Assembly: GCA_029260985.1 (NCBI GenBank) | Contig: JAJDCE010000123.1 | Coordinates: forward strand, 1-44,186 | DNA length: 44,186 nucleotides | Reading direction: 5' to 3' | DNA from: Patescibacteria group bacterium | GTDB lineage: Bacteria; Patescibacteriota; Gracilibacteria; UM-FILTER-43-11 | In this document: piece by piece, positions 39,183-44,186 of the stretch | Position numbering within the stretch: the stretch's first letter is position 1 | How the letters are laid out: each line of letters starts with the position of its first letter | Made by a program: the position numbers and the translations under genes | Notes under the pieces: model-generated | What the model saw: only the letters and a program-made list of their open reading frames with translations | What the model was told of the DNA's origin: nothing | Databases searched by the model: none

Positions 39183-39689
39183 ATGAAGCCCACTATCCAA
39201 AAAGCCATTAACGAGCAAATTAATGCCGAGATTTATTCTGCCTATCTCTATCTGGCAATGGCAGCTTATCTGGAGTCAGAAAATCTACCTGGTTTTGCCA
39301 GTTGGATGAAAATTCAGGCTCAGGAAGAAATGACACATGCCATGAAGTTTTATAGCTTTGCTTACGACCGAGATGGATCAGTTGAACTGGAAGCCATCAA
39401 AAAACCTCAAACTAAATTCAATTCAGCTTTGCATATTGCCGAAGAAACTCTGAAGCATGAACAGGAGGTGACAAAGCTAATACACAATTTACACGAGCTA
39501 GCGGTTAAAGAAAAAGACTATGCTTTTGAATCTTTGCTTAAGTGGTTTATAGATGAGCAGGTAGAAGAAGAAAATAACTCAAAAAATCTGATCGACCAGT
39601 TAAAACTGGCAGGCGACACAGGCCCTGGTTTATTTATGTTTGATAAAGAACTTGGAGCCAGAAAGTTCGTTGATGAAACTGCCGAATAA
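39183..39689 (+). CDS. ftnA: Non-haem ferritin
   Basis: 168 aa. LNEQINAEIYSAYLYLAMA, QEEMTHAMKF and FIDEQVEEE ferroxidase-centre ligand contexts. Confidence 0.85.
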   Translation: MKPTIQKAINEQINAEIYSAYLYLAMAAYLESENLPGFASWMKIQAQEEMTHAMKFYSFAYDRDGSVELEAIKKPQTKFNSALHIAEETLKHEQEVTKLIHNLHELAVKEKDYAFESLLKWFIDEQVEEENNSKNLIDQLKLAGDTGPGLFMFDKELGARKFVDETAE

Positions 39690-39699
39690 GTTCGATTAT

Positions 39700-40161
39700 T
39701 TATTGTTGAACATCCTTTTCTGGTGCATCTTGAGCACTTTCTCCCCCAGAACTTTCTCTAGTCTTTTTGGGGCGCTTATCTTCTTCAGGAGATTCTAATA
39801 TTCCAATGAGCCTATCACGATCTGAATTTACACCTCTTTCCAAAGCCATTTTATAGGGAAATTGTTTTAATGTTTCACCTTTTGCCCGATTTTCATCAGC
39901 CTCAAAAATACGATAAAGTTCCCCATCAAAGCTTCTCACAAAGTATAGTAAGTCAAATAAGTCTTCCCTGTAGGTATCAGAATTTAGAATCGACGCATCT
40001 TTTGATGCAATGATTGAATCTAGGTTTTTTTCTCTCGTGTATTGAGATCCTACATACGCCTGAAGCCGATTGATCTCTTCATCAGTGAACTTTCCCAGTT
40101 TTTGGGCTATTACTTCAATTTCTTCACCACTATCTTTTTTTGGGTAGATAATTTTTTCCAT
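39700..40161 (-). CDS. Hypothetical protein (153 aa), orphan
   Basis: ATG ORF, helical, with a charged C-terminal tail. No family recognised. Confidence 0.6.
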   Translation of the reverse strand: MEKIIYPKKDSGEEIEVIAQKLGKFTDEEINRLQAYVGSQYTREKNLDSIIASKDASILNSDTYREDLFDLLYFVRSFDGELYRIFEADENRAKGETLKQFPYKMALERGVNSDRDRLIGILESPEEDKRPKKTRESSGGESAQDAPEKDVQQ

Positions 40162-40195
40162 ATTTTTTCTGATTAATTAGTACATTATTAAGTAG

Positions 40196-41266
40196 CTAAG
40201 CCGAGCTGCTCTGGGTTTGTTTCTCTAGTTCATTAAAAAGCTCCTTACTGGCACGAGCAGTGATATGCAGTCCATCCTTTTTACTCACTCTCCGTTTAGT
40301 TATTTTGTCAGTATTAACCACCATGTCTGCCCCGGATTCCTTCACTAGCCATTCATTAATCTCCTCACAGGCATTATTAATACGTCTGATTCGCTGAGTT
40401 TCTTTCGATTTTGGTAAAAAGGTCGAATTAAGACTATAAATAGCCACTTTTTTCCTTTTTTTATGGGCAGTATCAATAATCTTTTTGTAGGTTTTTTTAA
40501 TTCGCTCAATAACTGTTTTTGAACCCCCGAATGTGTAAATATCATTAACACCTCCATTGAGCACCAGTAATTTACAATTTGGATTTTCAAGGTACTTCAA
40601 TGCTTCATCTTCGATGCAGATAAACCTCTTTTTATAGGCCAGGCTTGAAGTTTTGTAATGAACTAAGCGAGACCCGTCCAGTGCACGTCGGTTCGATTTT
40701 TTTACCCCTTTTCTGGCTAAAATCCCAACCATAATTGAATCACCTGTATAAAAGACTGCATTCGGGTCAAACCGCTCATTTGACTTTAGTCGGCTGGCAA
40801 TTGCGTCCGTACTGGGCTTTAAGGGTTCAACTGATTTTTTAATACCCGTTTTACTGATTTTTTCGATGTAACTTTTTAGTTTTCCAAGAGTAAACGGACC
40901 TAATTTTCCATCAATCGAGTCGCGCTGATTCAACTTTTCCGTAAATCCACCAATTTCCTTATTCAGAAAAATTTGAAGAGCAGTTACTCTCACGGCTTGA
41001 TCCGATGATGTAGCACTCTCTAGACCTAATACAGCATTACAAAAGTCTCCATTCCATTTTCGATACGATAAATAGCTATCGATTGGGTGATTTTGGACAA
41101 ATTGAAGAAGATTTTTAGGTGACAGCTTCTCCTTTAAATCTATTTTTACCAAAAGCCGTTCGGCACGTGCGCGAATTCCCTGATCAACCTGCTTTTTAAC
41201 CGCTTTTCGAAGCTTTGGAGCAGTGGGTTTTTTGCCAGGCTGATTTTTTGGATTCTCTAAGGGCAT
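40196..41266 (-). CDS. SGNH/GDSL hydrolase with a putative peptidoglycan-binding-like N-terminal region
   Basis: 356 aa. Block I FYTGDSIMVG, block III LNGGVNDI, block V DGLHIT. Upstream segment VTALQIFLNKEIG...DGKLGPFTLGKLKSYI resembles PG_binding_1. Confidence 0.7.
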   Translation of the reverse strand: MPLENPKNQPGKKPTAPKLRKAVKKQVDQGIRARAERLLVKIDLKEKLSPKNLLQFVQNHPIDSYLSYRKWNGDFCNAVLGLESATSSDQAVRVTALQIFLNKEIGGFTEKLNQRDSIDGKLGPFTLGKLKSYIEKISKTGIKKSVEPLKPSTDAIASRLKSNERFDPNAVFYTGDSIMVGILARKGVKKSNRRALDGSRLVHYKTSSLAYKKRFICIEDEALKYLENPNCKLLVLNGGVNDIYTFGGSKTVIERIKKTYKKIIDTAHKKRKKVAIYSLNSTFLPKSKETQRIRRINNACEEINEWLVKESGADMVVNTDKITKRRVSKKDGLHITARASKELFNELEKQTQSSSA

Positions 41267-41341
41267 AATAACAAATAACTATCTTATTATTATACCATAA
41301 ATAAGCCTCAGAAACAATTTAGACTCCTCAATTTGTCAATG

Positions 41342-41998
41342 CTATTCAGCCTTAAGAAGACGGGAAAGGAGACCCCTTCTGGTAGCAATTGATTTCGCTT
41401 TAGGTCGAACCTCAACAGCTTCAGCAGGGATGCTTTCAATTTCTCTTCTGGCTCTTCGCAAGCTCTTTTCGTCAAACATCTCACCATATAAGTCCTCAAC
41501 CATTCCTGCCATTCGGCCTATCATCTCCCTTCGTCTAACGGCTTCAGGATGTGTAAATAGCTCATCCGCAATCTTTTTCTCTCGCTCAAGCGCCCCCCAA
41601 AGCTCCCCAATAGTCATCGTTCTATATTCGGGAGGAAGTAGTTCATATCCTTCAAAGACCTCTGATACAAGCATATCATCATCAATCCGACTTTTAGGGT
41701 CAAGAAAATCAGCCATCGCATGATCTGCAGATTCTTCTGACACTTCCCTGCTACCAGAAGAAGAGAGATTGCCTCCCATAATTTGAGTATAATCTAGCTC
41801 TCCATCTTTTTTGTCTCTACTCATCCATTCCAAGTAAGAAGCCATATCAGTAACCCCCTCCGCCTGAAGCTTATGCAATGCCTCATCGGGAAAGTCCCAA
41901 ATCTCCAGGAAGCGCTTAAAACTTGCTCCCGGAGCGGATTTTTTGGAATCAGTCTTCATTACGGCAGCTTCTTCTGAGGATTTTAAACGACTGCTCAT
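41342..41998 (-). CDS. Hypothetical protein (218 aa), paralogous at its C-terminus to the upstream ORF
   Basis: ATG ORF starting 3 nt after the previous stop. C-terminal VEDLYGEMFDEKSLRRARREIESIPAEA. Confidence 0.6.
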   Translation of the reverse strand: MSSRLKSSEEAAVMKTDSKKSAPGASFKRFLEIWDFPDEALHKLQAEGVTDMASYLEWMSRDKKDGELDYTQIMGGNLSSSGSREVSEESADHAMADFLDPKSRIDDDMLVSEVFEGYELLPPEYRTMTIGELWGALEREKKIADELFTHPEAVRRREMIGRMAGMVEDLYGEMFDEKSLRRARREIESIPAEAVEVRPKAKSIATRRGLLSRLLKAE

Positions 41999-42001
41999 AG
42001 C

Positions 42002-42406
42002 TTATTTTATATCAGACCCGTCAGACCCATCAGCATCAACAGGGATGCTATGCACCTCTCTCTTTGATCTTGCAAGTGCATCAGGATTAAAAATGTTTTC
42101 ATACACACCCTCTACAACACGATCAACTTGAAGCCTTCGTTGGTCAACATCATCATGTTGGGAAAGGGCTAGTTGTCCCCTTCGTTCATGTCGTTTTGTA
42201 CTGGGGGAAATCAACGCTCTGACCACAGCAACTCTTAGCTCTTGAACAGCCTCGGAACCACGATCTCGAGCATATTCTTGCACGAGCTCTAAGGCCGCTG
42301 ATAATCGATGTTCATCGTCAACATGTTCGGTTGAACGCAAAATATAATCGACAGAAGCTTCCATAGAATCACTATTTCCCATTGGTGAGTCGAGTCTTTT
42401 AATCAT
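42002..42406 (-). CDS. Hypothetical protein (134 aa)
   Basis: ATG ORF. C-terminal VEGVYENIFNPDALARSKREVHSIPVDA aligns with the C-terminal region of the downstream ORF's product. Confidence 0.6.
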   Translation of the reverse strand: MIKRLDSPMGNSDSMEASVDYILRSTEHVDDEHRLSAALELVQEYARDRGSEAVQELRVAVVRALISPSTKRHERRGQLALSQHDDVDQRRLQVDRVVEGVYENIFNPDALARSKREVHSIPVDADGSDGSDIK

Positions 42407-42528
42407 GTTATTATTGCTATTTCGAGTGTGTTTTATTATAATGCATATCCTGAATTTTGTAAATAGCTAATGAACCTCTTATGTTCATAGTGTTGCACAT
42501 TAGGATTTTGCCCCTAAATTAAGTAAAT

Positions 42529-43626
42529 ATGTCCTCTAAAAAATGGCCAGAAGATGGCTATTCAGAAGGCCCTGTAGTCCTGTTCGAAGACAAGGAAAGA
42601 TTATCTACAGATGAGAAGCTTCAAGTTGCGTTTCAGCAAGAAGCTGATCGTATTGGACGTTTTGATAAATATCGTAGGGTTGCCGGGCAGTATTTAGATT
42701 TAGCCAGAGAGGCTAAAATTGATGCTGATCAGGCCTTAACCATTCTTATGAAGATCCTACAAGATCTTCCTTTTCCTAAATTGGTTTTACAAGTTGAGAG
42801 CGTAATTAATACTGCTAGGCCCATTGTTCAGAGAACTATCGTTATGCTCGGAAACAACATTCAATTAGACGCTGATGCAAATCCAGAATATATCGAGCAA
42901 AATTTATCGACGACCCATATCGCAAGTCGATTGGCTTATGATGATTTATCCAAGGCAATGAGGGGCACTGATCTGGAATCTAGGAGTACAGATGAAAAAC
43001 AAATGGAACTACCGGCCATTACCGATCGCCAAAAACGTATTGGTACCGAAAGAAATATTCCGCCAAACGTAAGAGAGAGGGAAATAACTCGTTTAACAGA
43101 AGATTTACAAAAAAACCTACTGGCATTTGCAGCTGGCAATGCATTTCTAACACTTCATGATATAGACGGACTGATGAGAACCTTAGATATCTCAAAAACT
43201 TTTTTCGAACAGGAGCTTAAAGATTGGAGGAAGGTACTTAAAGATATTGAAGTTATGAAGTTATTTGAAATGCCGGATTCAGAAATAAAGAGAGCTTTAG
43301 AAGCCTATGACATCAATAGTCGGACACAGGTATTTCACGAAATGTATATTAGATTAGACTCTTCCCTTAAAATTGCGGAGGCACGAATGGAATTTGTTAA
43401 CCAAAAAGACAACGGAATACTTGCCCAGGAATATGACAAGCCTACATTAATTAGATTGCTTCGCGAGGTTATTTCGGGGACACTTGAAAATGTAAGAGAA
43501 GAGAGTTTCCTCGGAAAATTGCTCAGTAGAGTACGTCGGAAAGCTCCAAAGCCAATAGCCGACTCAAAAGGTCAGAAGAATTATGAAAGAGTACTTCGGC
43601 AAGCCCTAAAAAATAGGGAGGGCTAA
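42529..43626 (+). CDS. Hypothetical helical protein (365 aa), orphan
   Basis: ATG ORF divergent from the 42406 gene. No family motif recognised. Confidence 0.6.
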   Translation: MSSKKWPEDGYSEGPVVLFEDKERLSTDEKLQVAFQQEADRIGRFDKYRRVAGQYLDLAREAKIDADQALTILMKILQDLPFPKLVLQVESVINTARPIVQRTIVMLGNNIQLDADANPEYIEQNLSTTHIASRLAYDDLSKAMRGTDLESRSTDEKQMELPAITDRQKRIGTERNIPPNVREREITRLTEDLQKNLLAFAAGNAFLTLHDIDGLMRTLDISKTFFEQELKDWRKVLKDIEVMKLFEMPDSEIKRALEAYDINSRTQVFHEMYIRLDSSLKIAEARMEFVNQKDNGILAQEYDKPTLIRLLREVISGTLENVREESFLGKLLSRVRRKAPKPIADSKGQKNYERVLRQALKNREG

Positions 43627-43797
43627 ATGCTAGCGCTCAAGCGCAAAGAGGTGACGGGCATCATACATCGAATGTTCATATTAGGATTAATTACCCAGTC
43701 AAAACACAGAGTTTTATTAAAAAGTAAATAATTTTGTTTACAAAGCTAGACCCATTGTCTAAAATAACCTCGCCTTGAATGAGGTTAATTGTTATGT

Positions 43798-43866
43798 GGA
43801 GCGGTAGTTCATCCCGATGTAATCGGGAGCCTGCCTATCATCTCCGACAAGTCGGGACGGGTTCGA
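43798..43866 (+). pseudogene. Decayed tRNA-Asp-like fragment
   Basis: GGAGCGGTAGTTCA (43798-43811) is identical to the first 14 nt of the downstream tRNA-Asp. GCCTGCCTATCA matches GCCTGCCTGTCA, and there is a T-arm-like CGGGTTCGAG. The D-loop region is replaced by hairpin TCCCGAT-GTA-ATCGGGA (43812-43828), and there is no acceptor 3' strand. Confidence 0.7.
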
Positions 43867-43885
43867 GAGTAGAGAATTAGAGAAT

Positions 43886-44144
43886 ATGAAGTATTATGTG
43901 TATATCCTAGAGAGTGAAAAGGACGAAAGTTATTACATTGGCTATACCCAGGGGTTAACTGTAAGATTACATGATCACAATGAGGGGGGGGAGATATTCA
44001 TCAAAAAAAAGACCTTGGAAATTAGTATACAATGAGGAATATCAGACAAAAAAAGAAGCAATCATTCGTGAAAGGCAGATGAAAAAATGGAAAAGTAAAA
44101 AGATTATTAAAAAATTGATCAGTCAAAAAATCATGGAGCGGTAG
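43886..44144 (+). pseudogene. GIY-YIG nuclease family gene (COG2827-like), frameshifted at a G8 run
   Basis: Frame A: MKYYVYILESEKDESYYIGYTQGLTVRLHDHNEGG..., stop at 44033. Frame B from ~43995: YSSKKRPWKLVYNEEYQTKKEAIIRERQMKKWKSKKII..., stop at 44142-44144. The frame switch lies at G8 (43984-43991), close to an A8 run (44003-44010). Confidence 0.75.
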
Positions 44145-44186
44145 TTCAGTTGGTTAGAACGCCTGCCTGTCACGCAGGAGGTCGCG
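44135..44186 (+). tRNA. tRNA-Asp(GUC), 5' portion; the 3' end lies beyond the window
   Basis: GGAGCGG/TA/GTTC-AGTTGGTTA-GAAC/G/CCTGC-CTGTCAC-GCAGG/AGGTC/GCG... The anticodon is GTC. Confidence 0.85.

Noticed and set aside
43798-44186. Group I intron with a homing endonuclease inside tRNA-Asp
   Set aside because: The downstream copy is a complete, uninterrupted tRNA 5' half starting from its own position 1. The upstream piece is therefore a duplicate fragment, not a 5' exon.
1-44186. Alternative genetic code (UGA or UAG reassignment, as in some CPR lineages)
   Set aside because: All conserved genes are full length with standard stops, and Trp is encoded by TGG throughout.

Overview
This 44.2-kb window comes from a compact, moderately AT-rich bacterial chromosome (about 40% GC, judged by eye from sampled lines). 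It holds roughly 50 protein genes on both strands with short spacers. There are two complete tRNAs (Ala-GGC, Val-GAC) and two tRNAs cut by the window edges (Leu-UAA on the left, Asp-GUC on the right). I saw no rRNA, CRISPR array, transposase or integrase, and the standard genetic code gives intact ORFs. The gene content is a lean housekeeping set (L25, queA, recJ, carA, truB, a MurE-like ligase, ArfB). It also includes an archaeal-type triose-phosphate isomerase, an archaeal-type PEP carboxylase, a VirD4-like ATPase and many helical orphan proteins. This resembles an uncultivated CPR/Patescibacteria-like lineage, but that is inference only.

Main points of interest:
1. An 8-kb minus-strand array (4084-12211) runs VirD4-like ATPase, PKD+7TM membrane protein, a RimK-related ATP-grasp ligase fused to a DUF1704/MATCAP-type metallopeptidase, then three orphan helical proteins. 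This is my best candidate for an undescribed system that modifies protein C-terminal tails.
2. A structured palindromic segment of about 70 nt is inserted in frame into queA.
3. Decayed tRNA fragments lie beside both edge tRNAs. One is associated with a frameshifted GIY-YIG nuclease gene, and the two share a hairpin motif.
4. Short tandem 7/14-nt repeats and long imperfect hairpins recur in the intergenic spacers.
5. A GC-rich island carries a split-motif CDP-alcohol phosphatidyltransferase, next to an IVS-like four-helix-bundle cassette bounded by an 18-bp inverted repeat.
6. A Fur-box-headed oxidative-stress cluster runs Fur-family regulator, 2-Cys peroxiredoxin, SOD, nitroreductase, ferritin.

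All homology calls rest on motif recognition by eye. No searches were run.
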